The notes under the pieces: generated by a model | The model's database searches: none | Told to the model about the DNA's origin: nothing | The model's input: the letters and a program-made list of their open reading frames with translations, nothing else | Part shown: positions 17,588 through 30,356 of the stretch, one piece after another | Layout: each line of letters begins with the position of its first letter | Numbering within the stretch: the first letter of the stretch is position 1 | NCBI RefSeq assembly: GCF_009914755.1 | Contig: NC_060926.1 | Length of the DNA: 64,000 nucleotides | Origin: the human T2T-CHM13v2.0 reference genome, Homo sapiens | Strand: one strand, 5' to 3' | Position numbers and translations under genes: made by a program

Positions 17588-18525
17588 CCAAAGCCAAACA
17601 AGAAGTGGGTTAATTGTAAAAGTATCCAGGACTCTTATTTAACCTAAGGAATACTAAACCTCCATTGCAGTAAACTGAAAAAATATACATTGATTTTGCA
17701 GAGCCAGACCTTGATTTCATGCGAGAAGGTGGAGTAGGAGGAAGAGGAGGAGGAGAGTTAGAAGGAGTAGGAGGAGGAGGAAAACCTCCTGGTGAGTGCA
17801 TTCAATTTCTGTCAAGTATTTTTGTGACTCAGCATGCAGTCAATAGTCAGCTAAGATTCAGAAGTCTCCTTGCCAATAGGGCTGTCGGCATTGTGAGGAC
17901 AGTTGAAAGGGAGGGAAGCCTGTCGGATAATCAGACGAACCTGTTTGGGGCATAAACTCCTAAACTGTGGTGTGCTGCTTGTGGTTAACATTTATTTCTC
18001 AGGGAATAGTTAATAGCCCGTTGTGCTTTGCTTCAATAAATAATGGAAAGAAAGAAAGGCAGGGACAAAAACCCGGGGCTGGATTTAGAGAGTTCTAAAC
18101 CTTTGGTTTGACAGAGCATATTTTTTACACTTTTTATTCTAGACCAGGTAAGCTTTTACAACTATAAAGCAAGATGCTTACATCAGATGCCAAATTGTCC
18201 CACCTGATTCTTTATGCCAGCATCTGCAGATGCATTTAAAAAAGCTTCATTTGATTATGCAGCTTCTTCACAGCCCAAAAGCCAAGCAAGCTGTGGGCTA
18301 GTTGTAAAGGTGTCCATGAGCTTTGCTTTATCTAAGGAATACTAAACCTCCAGTGCAATAAACTGAAAAAAAAAAAAAGTTGGTTCTACAGAGCCAGACC
18401 TTGATTTCATGGGGGAATAATAATAAGGAGAAGAAGAAGGAAAACTTCCTGGTGAGTGCATCCTACTTCTGTCAAGTATTTTTATGATTCAACATGTAGT
18501 CAGTCAGCTAAGAGTCAGAAGTCTC
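17588..18525 (+). repeat. Dispersed direct duplication: 17588-17868 and 18275-18525
   Basis: Shared blocks ctaaggaatactaaacctcca, cagagccagaccttgatttcatg, tcctggtgagtgcat, ttctgtcaagtattttt, cagaagtctc. Confidence 0.95.
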
Positions 18526-18949
18526 ATTCAGCTGAAATTCCAAAACTGAATAATGCATAGTATAGTGTCATTTACTGGAAAAGAGAGGCTTGTTTATTTC
18601 CTGAGTTTTACACTCTTCAATGTACTGCCCCAGAAGTTTTCTTTTTTGGAAACCACAATAGAACACTAAAGAAGTGTAATGCAGAAATGTGGCAGATAAT
18701 TTGCCATTCTATTTTCTAGAACATCAGCTCTTTTTCAGCTAGTAAAAATGGCTTACTAAGTAAATCAGTTTTGGCTCCAAAAATTATTCAGAGGAATCCA
18801 GTTTTCTTCCTCCCTCACTAAATAAACAATGAGAAAGATAGATAAAATATCAGTTTGGAGAAACATCAAATGATTAGCTTACATAGGCTACCTTTGCATT
18901 TCAGCTGTCCCTGGGTGGCCCCAGGAAAACAATCATATCTGAAAATGAT

Positions 18950-19670
18950 ATAATGAGTTACACATGTTTAAGCAGTTACTCTGTGTTAGGCACTGTTCAA
19001 GGTAGTCTATATATGCTATCTCACTTAATCCTGCAACAAACCCGTATTTTGGTTATCTGTTTTCACGGTATTGCTGCCTGACAGGCAACAACAAAGTCTC
19101 AGTGCATTCAGCAATAGACATTTATTGCTCATGTATCTGGAGTCAGCTGGGTGGCTCTGCTGATTGTGACTGGCTCACTCATATACTGGGTGTCAGCTGA
19201 TCAAGGCTGGCCCCAGGTGGGACTATTAGAGAGACTCAGCTTTACCCTAATTTGCCTCTCTTCTTTCAGCAGGCTCGTCTGAGTATATTCCTAGGTGATG
19301 GCAGAGGGGCAAGAAAGCAAGCAAAAAGAAGCACAGAAGCCCTCTCATGGCCAAAACTGGCTTGGTGTCACTTTTACCTCATTCTATTGGTCAAAAAAAG
19401 TCAACAGGCTGAGCCCAGAGTCAGAGTGGGAGAGTACTGCATGGTTACATGACAGAGGATGTGGATATGAGGAATCGTGAAGAACTGCATCCATTAGAGC
19501 CATCTGTCACAGAAGGGACTATTGTCATTTTACTAATTTTGTACATGAGGATAGGGAAGCATGGAGATGGTAACATGCCTAAAGTCACATAGCTTCTTAG
19601 CTGTGGAACCAGAAAGTAAACCTGGGCCTTCTGGGCCCAGGGCCCGTGGCTGTTAAAACCACTGTGCACA
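18950..19670 (-). mobile_element. MIR interrupted by an old MLT1 (H/I-like) MaLR LTR at about 19043-19511
   Basis: MIR halves on both sides. The MLT1 part has catttattgctcatg and cacttttacctcattctattggtcaaa and ends gtcaca. Confidence 0.65.
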
Positions 19671-19838
19671 CTGCCTTACTCCTACCCTTCACAATCAGGT
19701 TTCTGCTCTGACCACCCTAGAAAACATGCCCGTCTCAGGTTACCGATGCTCTCCTATGGACAGATCCAATAGCCTTTGTTAATTGTCCACATCTCTATCC
19801 ATTCTGTAATACTCCTGCATGCTGCATCCTTGGAGTTC

Positions 19839-19984
19839 TTTTCTCCTTTGATTCTGCAGAACCTTTACTGTTTTGTTTCTCTTTCTGGCTTCCTCTGTCT
19901 GTCTCTCTTCATTTTCTCCTTTGATTCTGCAGAACCTGTACTGTTTTGTTTCTCTTTCTGGCTTCCTCTGTCTGTCTCTCTTCA
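19839..19984 (+). repeat. Tandem duplication, 2 x 73 bp
   Basis: ttttctcctttgattctgcagaacct(t/g)tactg...gtctctcttca occurs twice with one mismatch. Confidence 0.97.
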
Positions 19985-20719
19985 CCAACTACATAATGCA
20001 TTCACTTCTTTTTCTTGGCATCTCCCTTTCCAAGCACACCCACTCTCCTGGTTTCCATTATCTCCCTGCAGACAACTCTCAACTGGCTCTAAGAAAGCTC
20101 ACTATAATTTTCAGCAACCTAATTCAGTCGTTTGTCCGTCACAAATAACAGCTCAGGAAAATCAAAGGATTTTCTCACTAGCATCTTATCATTCCATGTC
20201 ACCTAGCAACTATCCCAGTGCTTGATATTCTGCTACTAGAAACTCCCTACTACACAGATAATACCACTGGAAGGTATAAAGCCACTTGACTGACCTCTCT
20301 CCATTCACAGCATTTATAACTGTAAGAAATTGCCAGTGGTTGACTCTTTCCGACCTTCGAAAGTGGCAATTTCATGTGGTTCAGCTTAATAGTATTTATT
20401 ACCTTGTGCTGTAATAATTTTGTATCTGTATCTCCCATGAGACTCAAAGCTGCTTGATTGAGGAGATCATGCTTGCTTCTGCTTTTCATCAAGTTGCCTA
20501 GTACATGACACTCTGTAAGGATTAGACCAAGTAGGTATTGAATAATTGTTTGGCGAATTTAAAAAATTAAAGAAACATTTGAAATCAATGCACCAGAGGC
20601 TAGAGACAGAGTGCTAGGAAGGGAACAGGATGGGGACAGGGACACCAGAGCAAAGATAGAGTCAAAGACACATTTCCAAAATGGCAATTCATGCCTTGTG
20701 TCAGTTGTACCCACCTCAC

Positions 20720-21540
20720 ATTCTTTAACACTTAAGGTTTTTCTGGGTAGTAAGTGCAATACATTCTTATTATAAAACAATATAGACAGTTCAGTATGTA
20801 TAAATGAGGATAAAATCAAAATCACCCACAATCTCACCACTTTGTGATAATAACCATTAACTTCAATATTGATGAATTTCCTTGAATGTTTTATCTACAA
20901 TATTTCTTTCATATAGTTGATATCACTCTGTATGCACAAACTTGTATCCTTTTTCTAAATCTTAATATCATAATATTAGCATTTTCTAATGTTAGTAGAT
21001 GTACTTCTTAAATATTGCTTTTTAATGATAAAGGTTTTTTTTTTTTTTTTTTTTTACAAATAAAGATTTGTCTATATTTTGGGTTATTTCCTTAACACAT
21101 ATTCACAAAGGTAAGAATTAAAAAGTAATTTTAACTAAGTCAAGGAGCATGAAAAGTTTTTAGATTCTTGGTACACATTTTTATCCAGTGTTTTAAAAAA
21201 CTACTACCATAGTACACATCTCCAATTTCAATATCTCTATGTGAGTGCTTGCCTTATCATGAAAAAGTCAATATTGAATATTATTATTATTTTATTATAC
21301 TTTTATAACTTCATTGGCAAAATGTTAACCTGCCATTTTAAAGTTTGCCTTTGTTAGATTATTAGAGAGATTGAATTTGTTTTCAGACAAATATTTTATT
21401 AAGTATGTTATTTTCTCATGAAAATGGTTTGTTCATAACCTTTGCCTTTTGATCTATTGGAATGTGTTTTCTAATCAGCAAGAATATTAGTTTTATTTTG
21501 CTTATTATATATTTGAATTTACTTTTACTTTTATAAAAAT
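20720..21540 (-). mobile_element. Highly diverged L1ME 3' fragment
   Basis: aaaatcacccacaatctcacc...taaccattaac and ttatttccttaac motifs of antisense L1ME ends. Confidence 0.55.
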
Positions 21541-22749
21541 AATACCTGCATATAGTTAAAAGCCACAGGGTGCTAAAAGATTTGTGGCAAAATAACAGCA
21601 GTCCCTTTCTCTGAAGCCCTCCTCAGGACCTATTCTCATGTGTCAGAAGCAACTACTTTCAATTTTTTAGCTGTTTCTTCTAAACATTTTTTGACCATTT
21701 TTTGAGGTTGGGTTTTAGGTGAGATCTGCCATGGTATCCTATTATGAAGACAAAGATTTTGCCTCTTTTAGACAGCCTCCTCATTTTCTTCTTAATCCCC
21801 CTAAAGTGGTTAAAGTGCAATTTTTGGTTAAATTACAAGTCAGTGTTTCTAAATGCAACGTGGACTCATGCATTGGATCCCGGAATAGAAAAACTGGTAA
21901 AATTAAAATGGTATCTAGTGTCACATAGTACTGTATTGACAAATGTCACATGGTTATGGAAGATATTAAAATGCAGGGAATCTGGGTGAAGGGTATACAG
22001 GTATACAGAGACTATATACAGGTATATAGTCTCTGTACTATATTGACAACTGTTCTATAAATCTAAAGTTATTCCTAAGGTAAAAGTTTATTCAAGGAAA
22101 GTCAGTATTTACACTACGATACACATATATTTGCTGCTGAGCCAAAAAGTATGCCATAGTTATGGCTGCTTTGTAGTACAACATTTACTTTTTTTTCTAG
22201 AGTTAATACTTGCCTCATTTTAAATTTATTTATGAAACTATGTTCCAAATCCTCAAGTAAATCTGTTTAACAGATATGACAAATATCTGTCAATATTATT
22301 ATCCAAGTGCTTAAATACATCTGATAATCTACAGTTAAATATGTTTTAATCTACAGTTAAATATGTTTTCCCCTGGTACCTCCTTCTTTGAGCCCTTGAT
22401 TCTACTGCTCTAATTTGGTTGATTGATTTGGAACCTTCCTTTTCCTCTTCCCTGTGTTGGATTTGCTGTTTGCTGGATTCCTGTCTTACTTACTCTTCAC
22501 TTATCCTTTATTTTGCTAAAATAAATATATCTTCCATACCATTCTAAGAAAGAGTATATGATGGATGAACAGTTGAGTCAGGGCTAATACTATTCTTACT
22601 CTACTCTTATACCTGTTTGTAATTTGAATAGTATAGAATAATAGCTGGGAATACATTTTCCTCCGGATTTGGAAGGCATTGTTCCATAGTCTTGTAGCTT
22701 CCAGTGTGACTCTTGAATAGTCCGATATGATTCTGATTGCAGATTCTAA

Positions 22750-23118
<369 letters not shown>

Positions 23119-23151
23119 TAACATTTTACTATCATGTATCTTGATTAGTTT

Positions 23152-23184
23152 TTTCATTCATTCATTCATTCATTCATTCATTCT
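23152..23184 (+). repeat. (TTCA)n microsatellite
   Basis: About 8 TTCA units read directly. Confidence 0.95.
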
Positions 23185-23559
23185 TCTGGGCATTTTGACA
23201 AGATCTTTCAACCTAGAAATACGGTTTTTCTTCTTTATTTTCTTCTTTATTCTCTCTGATCTCTGGAGTTCCTACTAATTGAGTCTTCTGGGTTGATCCT
23301 CTAACTTTTCTCTCCTAATCTTTTTGTTTTTGGTTTTGCTCACTTTCTGAAATATTTTCTCAATTGTATCTTCAAACTCTTCTATTGCTTTTGAAAAATA
23401 TGGCTATCCTTTTTGATGTCAGTCTTTTTGGTAGATTTTTTATTTTATTTTGAAGGCTATAGAGCAATAACTGGTGATCCTAAGCTGTCCATTCATACTT
23501 AAGAATAAAGTATTAAAAAACTAATTAGGAAACTATTCCAAGTAATTTTAAAATGCAAT

Positions 23560-24597
23560 ACTATGACTATAAAACTGTAGTGGGTTATACTCCAAAGACA
23601 AAAACTATTCCAAAATATATTTAAATAGTTTTCAGTAATCATATTGTTTGTACAAATTGATACTGTTATTCTAAGTTGTAGAGTATGTATTCCTACATAA
23701 AACAAATGAGTAATTATATGAAATTCAAATTCTATCATCCTCAGTGTTGTTGAAATCAGAATTTTCATCATGGGAGAAAGGGCACGATAGAAGAGATTAA
23801 ATAAAAGCTCTAGTCTGAATTTAAATTGAAGCATCATTTTAAATTTGTCATGTATTTTATCTTTTTTAAAAAAATAAATCTTAGCCTTGTCTACTGAAAA
23901 AGTCTAGAAATAATGACCGACCTAGTAGCAATAAGTTTCCCTAGCAGCCAAATGGTAGTCTTATAATACCATTTCCCATTGAAAGCAGCCAGAGTTATTT
24001 AGAGAAATGGCTGATTCCCGGCCCAGAACAAATTGTCCTACAGACAGCAAGAAAAACTATGAATGACTAATGGCATCATGTCAAAAGGACTCAGGAGCCC
24101 ACTTTAAAAGGCCCTTATAGCCAAAGATGGGACAATTGAGCGTAAAAAGGAAAATAAATGCAATGAATTGAGACACATTAGATATTTTTAAAATCATGAG
24201 ATCATAAGCATATCAAAGAAATCTAATTGGTCAACATTAGAGAACACTGGGGAACCAACTCATTATTTTTAAAAGCGGTAAATAAAAAGATGGGATCAAA
24301 TAATTTATGGGAATGTTTCTCTGTAAAATTATTTTACCTAATAAATAAAGACAAAATAATAGAGTTACAGTATAGCAGTTTTGCAAAATAAATGAATCTA
24401 GGTATTGAGCTTCCGTGGCTGCTAACACCATTCAAAAAAGACTCAGTGAAACACCATGTACCTTCTAATGAGCCAACCCAACACCGTCTAAGAAGTAGCT
24501 TTGCCACGAAAATAAATCTGAATCTGATCAGCCTTCATTTCCCACTCTCAACTTAAAAGAAATACAGAAGACAGAGGTGTATGTTAAACTTAGCATG
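23560..24597 (+). mobile_element. L1MC4/5-like 3' UTR fragment
   Basis: ctagaaataatgacc...taccatttcccattgaaag...gagaaatggctgattcc. Confidence 0.65.
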
Positions 24598-24682
24598 AGC
24601 AATTGCTTCCAGTTTAGCACTGGAAGTCCTGTGTCTCAGAAAGCCCCCCAGTCCTAGGCAAACCTGTGGGGTTGTCACTCTA
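24598..24682. mobile_element. Second MER94-like MITE fragment
   Basis: tttagcactggaagtcc...cagtcctaggcaaacc...tgtcactcta. Confidence 0.6.
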
Positions 24683-24914
24683 TCTGGAAAAGTCATCAGG
24701 AAAACCCAGAATATGGCAAAGCCTGTCAGTGGGGTGGGCACAAAGATCTTGACTTTAGTTGATTTCTTCTGCTCTCAGTCCTAAGCTTCACCCTAATAAT
24801 TGGGCCTGAGTCTTTCTAGAGTTTGGTGAGACAAGCAGCCTGCTGCTTTAGGCTATCTTTGTCCTCAGGCACTCACACAAAGTTGTCCATTTTCTGGCCA
24901 TTTCTCCATCTACT

Positions 24915-25315
24915 TTTTTTTTTTGGTGTGTAAAATTGTCATAAAATATACATAACAGAAAATTTATCATTTTAGCCATTTTAAAGTGTACGTTTCAGTG
25001 ACATTAAGTACATTCACATTGTTGTGCAACAATGACCACCATCCATCTCCAGATCTTTTCACTATACGCAACGGAAACTCTATACCCATTGAACAATAAC
25101 TCCCCATTATCCTTTGGCCCCACCCTGGCAACCACCATTTAACTTTTTGTCCCTTTAGATTTCACTACTTTAGGTACTTCATAGAAGTAGAATTATACAG
25201 TATTTGTCTTTTTGTGACTGGCGTTTTTCCCTCAGCCTGATGTCTTCAAGGTTCAACTGTATTTTAGCATGTATCAGAACTTCATTTCTTTTTGTGGCTG
25301 AATAATATTGCATAT
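24915..25315 (-). mobile_element. L1MB-like 3' end
   Basis: cattaagtacattcacattgttgtgcaac...ggctgaataatattgcat. Confidence 0.85.
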
Positions 25316-25639
25316 ATATATGCATATATATACATATATAATGTATATTTTTGTACAGTGCATGTGTAACATTGCATATATATGCATATATATATATGCT
25401 GTGTTGCTCTTTGTACAGTGACTAACAACAGATAATCTATCAATATGTTACTACATCATATTATTTGTGCCTAAACATTCATTACTAAGTACACACGTTA
25501 AAGGATGTAAAAAACACATGTACTAAGTACACATGTTAAAGGATGTAAAAAGGATGTTTTCTTTTTTGGACTTTTAATTAAGATCTCAAACCCGGGGAAA
25601 ATAGGTATTAAGTATCCCCTCATTCAAAAGCAAGTCACT

Positions 25640-26380
25640 TGACTGTCTCTGCAGGACTTGCAGAGAGAATGACTCGAAACTAATCTGCCTTGATACCTCC
25701 TATCACCTCCAGGCTATGTAAGAATGAGCTAAGGACCAAGAGGTCCAGAGGAAGTCAGAGTGTTGGGACATCCCCCACCCACAGGGGAGATGAAAGCTTT
25801 TCAAAGATTACAAAGAGGTCTGTTCTGACAGCATAGGGAGTGAGCCTGACTTCCAGTGGATAAGAGTGTGTGTTTCCCATGGGACAGACAGGTGAGGACT
25901 CTGGGTTATCCTGGAGCAAGAGCCGCTGGAAGCCAGGGCTTGACAGGAGTCATTGGTGGCCACTGAGGAGATATTGTCCATAACAGGGAGCTGCAGTTGG
26001 AGGTCTGCAGTTGGGAATATGCAACCCTGGAGAAGCCAAAGGCAGAGTCAGTGGGGAAGACGGGTAGAAGATCAAGGTAGGGAGAAATAATGAAGGAAGT
26101 ACCACAGTCCCTTTCCCTATTGCTGATCTCAAAACATGATTCACAGCAGAGCTTAGAAAGGGGGGAAGTTTTAGTTTGTGTAAAAGACTGAAGTTTGGGT
26201 ATATGGTATTGAAGTTTTAGAATTTTGAACTAATGGAAAAGTTCTGGAATTTGCCTGAGGTCCATCCAGTGCCACAGAAGGAAGATTAAAGAGAGCCATT
26301 TTACCAGAGGATGGTGAAAAATACAGTGGCATTCTGTTTACACACTACTTAGTTCAGGTCAGTTTCATATATTAGTACTA
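25640..26380 (+). mobile_element. Possible ancient Gypsy-type LTR (MamGypLTR-like)
   Basis: Loose resemblance of the 3' end (attaaagagag...gcattctgtttacac) only. Confidence 0.3.
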
Positions 26381-27808
26381 TTTCTTATTCATGGGTTTTC
26401 ATCTATGTCCTATTATCTGTCTCTTCATCTATATGCCAGAAGTATACTGTGATGTCCATTGTAACTTTCAATGATGCTCTAATATTTGGCAGATTAAAAA
26501 ATAGTCTCCATTTGATAATGTATGATCTTGTATACAGTACACCCTTATCTCATACAACCCTCACCCCATACATGCAAGGTTACTATTTTCCCCATTTTAG
26601 AGCTGAGGCTTAAGGAACTTAAGATCACAAAGCCATTATGTGGCTGTCAGATCCTTAACCTGCACTCTTGACATAGGACTGTGCCCAACCTGCTATGCCC
26701 CCTTATTAATCTTTTGTCAAGAACTTCACAGATACTCTTGTCTGTTTATTTCTCTGTATTACCTTAGTATTAGTTTGCCAATGTATTTGGCTGAACGAGT
26801 AATTACCTGATCAAGTATATTCTCTTTCCAGGTTCTCTCTGCCAGAGGAGACTCTTCTTCTAAGGGACATTTATTTTTTTTACATGGTAGTCACTCCAGA
26901 TAGGCAGATTGTCACACTAGTAGGGAAAAATGCCCCATGTATTTTCATACCTTAGTCTCTTCATTAGTTCCTTCCTCCCTGGGTTGTTTCCTTATAACAT
27001 TTGCCGTCTAAAGTGTATCATGATTTTTCCTCAACTCTGCAGTGCTTATATTATTTTCCCCACATTAAACATTTGGAATTAACCATTCCCTTACCTTCCC
27101 ACTTCCACTTTTTCAAATTACCCCTTTCTTTAAAGCCTAATTCATGTTTCAAATGCTCCACCATTATCCCAGTCAACAGCAGGCATCTTTTCAGTCTGAA
27201 TTTATTGTGTGCCGCTTGATAATGTTAGGAGCCTTCCTGTGATTTTATGTTTGCTATGAAAAGCATGGCTCTATCTCAAGGGCTCTTAGTATGAACTGAT
27301 GAGGGTGGGCAAGCCTGTTATATGGGGTGATGATGGAATGGGGTGGGGTGGACAGATCAACTTTTGTGATAGGTGTGGCCTGACAGCTAACTCTCCAAAT
27401 TGTCAACAGTGAAGTGTGCTGCCAACCTAAGCCTGATTCTAGCCAGCATCTATCCCCAGGGCTGAATGGTCATGCCGTTCACATTCATCTATGCTCAATG
27501 CAGCCAGGGCAACTTGGACATGTTTCAATGTACTGAAGAATTAAATCTCCCCATCTCTCCCTTGATTCCAGGATGGAGGCACTCGGGCTGTCAGGCATTT
27601 AAAAAATAAACCTCAAGTGTCTTTTCTATGTCAAGCATTGACCTAGAAGTGAGATAGGGAAGACAAGCACTGTGCCTTCATGGGGCTTATAACACCAGTG
27701 GAAGGAGAAAGAAAAGTACAAAGTCAGAAGTTCATGACTGCAGTCATGGACTCACAGCCCAAGGAAGTCTTTCTGAGTCAAAGGAGACATGTAGAAGAGC
27801 ATTTAGAG

Positions 27809-28028
27809 CAAGGGTTCTCAACTGGGGGTAATTTTGACCTCCAAAGGACATTTGGCAATGTCTAAAGACACTTTTAATTGTCATAACTGTGGGAGTGGAG
27901 GCTGCTAGTGGTGTCTTGTGAGTAGAGAGGCTAGGGATGCTGTTAAACCTCCCAAATGCACAGGACAGCCTCACAACAAAGAATTATCTGGCCCCGAACA
28001 TCAGGTGTGCCAAGTTTGAGAAACCCTT
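27809..28028 (+). mobile_element. MER20 (hAT-Charlie), full length
   Basis: ggttctcaactggggg...ggacatttggcaatgtct...tgagaaaccct. Degenerate 8-bp TSD atttagag / ctttagtg. Confidence 0.92.
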
Positions 28029-28383
28029 CTTTAGTGGGAGGGCAAAGAAGCTGAGGGAATCAGGACTTTCACTGACTGGGCTGGGGTTCAGGGCTGAGAG
28101 CCAGTAATAATAGGAATAAGGACAAACAAAACAAAACAAACAAAACAAAAGCCTGAAAACTACGGCAGAGGGTGAGTTGGATGTATAGATTATCAGCAGC
28201 AGTAGTGTCATGCAGCTGTCATAAGTGACAGCTTGGGGAGCTTGGCTACAGAAGATGATTCCCAGAGCCATTTAAGGCAAAGGAACGCCTACATGCCTGT
28301 GATGGACTCAGAGTGAACCTGCAGGTGCTGGCTACTACTGGCTGAGTGAAGGAAGTCAATAGGGTTGAAAGTGGCCTTTAAGT

Positions 28384-28707
<324 letters not shown>

Positions 28708-30356
28708 TCAGTATTTCCTAAATAATTTCAGGGTAGGGACTAATTCTTAGCATGTTTATGTTCTCCATAATGCTTAACCAAGTGTCCTATATTTGTTCAA
28801 TTACTGCTTATTAATTGACTGATTGATGGTGTCCTTAATTGGTCATGCCATTTCCATCCACCTATGCTCAGCACAGCCAGGACAATTTGGACATCTTCCA
28901 ATGTATTGAAGAATTAAATCTCCCAGTGAGGATCTTGGCAATCATATCACCAATAGGCTTGGATTCAAATCTGCATTTAAATAGCAATGAAACAAACACA
29001 CTCCATCCCTGTGGATAGCAAGCAGCATAATCTGCTTACTTATGGCTGGGCACCTGTGAGAAATGAAAGTGATAGGCAGTAACTTCAGTGATGAATTACA
29101 GAACAGTTTCATTTAGCTCATTGCACCAAGACAAAGCATCCCAGCAGCCTCTGGAGAAATTAATGTACCTTAACTTGAATTAGTGGATAATTTCAGATCA
29201 GCTATTTTACATATCTAGCTGCTTCTCCTTCCCTCCATAGGCCACCTCTTGCCCTTTCTCTTCCTAAATCTGGCTCTCAAAGCTAAGTATTCTAGAAGTT
29301 AAACATTGAAGTAGAAATCAGTGGACATGATTCATGTCCTTACCCTCTCAGCAGATGCCTAGCCTTGTTCCTTTTTTACAGAGCCTTGTTTTCACAATTG
29401 TCATGTTAGCTCATGGAGGAAGTTGTTACTTCCTCCCATGATAGTTACATGACCATGGAGAACCCTAGAAGTCAGACAGACTTTACAATCCAAAGAAAAT
29501 TACTCCTCGGTGGTAGGATTTTAGGTACCACAAAGGCAACTGTGGACAGAGAAAGCCTCTGACTGCCCCTAAAAATCACATCATATCTACAAATAAATAA
29601 TGATGCCATTGCTTGATCATTAAATTCCTGTGGGATGTTGGCCGTGAAACTTCATCTTTTTGTATCTCTATTTCTCCCTTCCTGATGATACTTCCTTTCC
29701 ATTTGCCAATCCACAACTGGCAAGGAGATCATCAAATGCAGTGGGCAAAGGCAGAATTTCTCTCTTTCTCATAGTATTTGCTGTAGTTCCACACATGGTG
29801 ACTGAACACCTGGAGCAGAGGCCCCGTTGCACACTGAATTGGCCTCATTATATCATGAGCAAGATCTTCTATCACTGTTACTCCTTATTGTTGTGAAGAC
29901 TTCTTTTATGTCTGGAAAGACATTTAGGCAACTTAGCATTGTGATAGAAAACAGCTAAACTACTACAGTTTTCTAAGTTCAAATCAAGATTTCACTCACC
30001 CCCTAGCATCTTACTAAAACCTGGGTTTCCTATAGGGGAGGATAAATTGCCCACAAAGTTATGACTACCAGAATTGGGACTCTGTTCTGTGAAGTAGAAA
30101 TAAATGCAGAGACCATTTTTTCATCCTAGAGTAAGTAGAAAAAAAGCAACAGTTATTTTCACTTTCTTTTGGCACACTTGGTTTGGCCTAAAACCATCAA
30201 CTGTAGAGGTATATTGGTCTTGAAAAGAAAAAACAACCAAGGTGTACAGAAAAGGAAGTGCCTACTTGCATAGTGGAGTTAGAGAAGGTTTCCCAGAGAG
30301 GCCATTTTACTCGGCCATTGAATGCTGGAAAAGTAGAACTTTTATAGACATGCAAG

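Noticed and set aside
19776-20225. Longest ORF (149 aa, hydrophobic)
   Set aside because: Produced by pyrimidine-rich sequence and the 73-bp duplication; non-ATG start and no recognisable domain.
28123-28150. (AAAAC)n run
   Set aside because: Ordinary short microsatellite.
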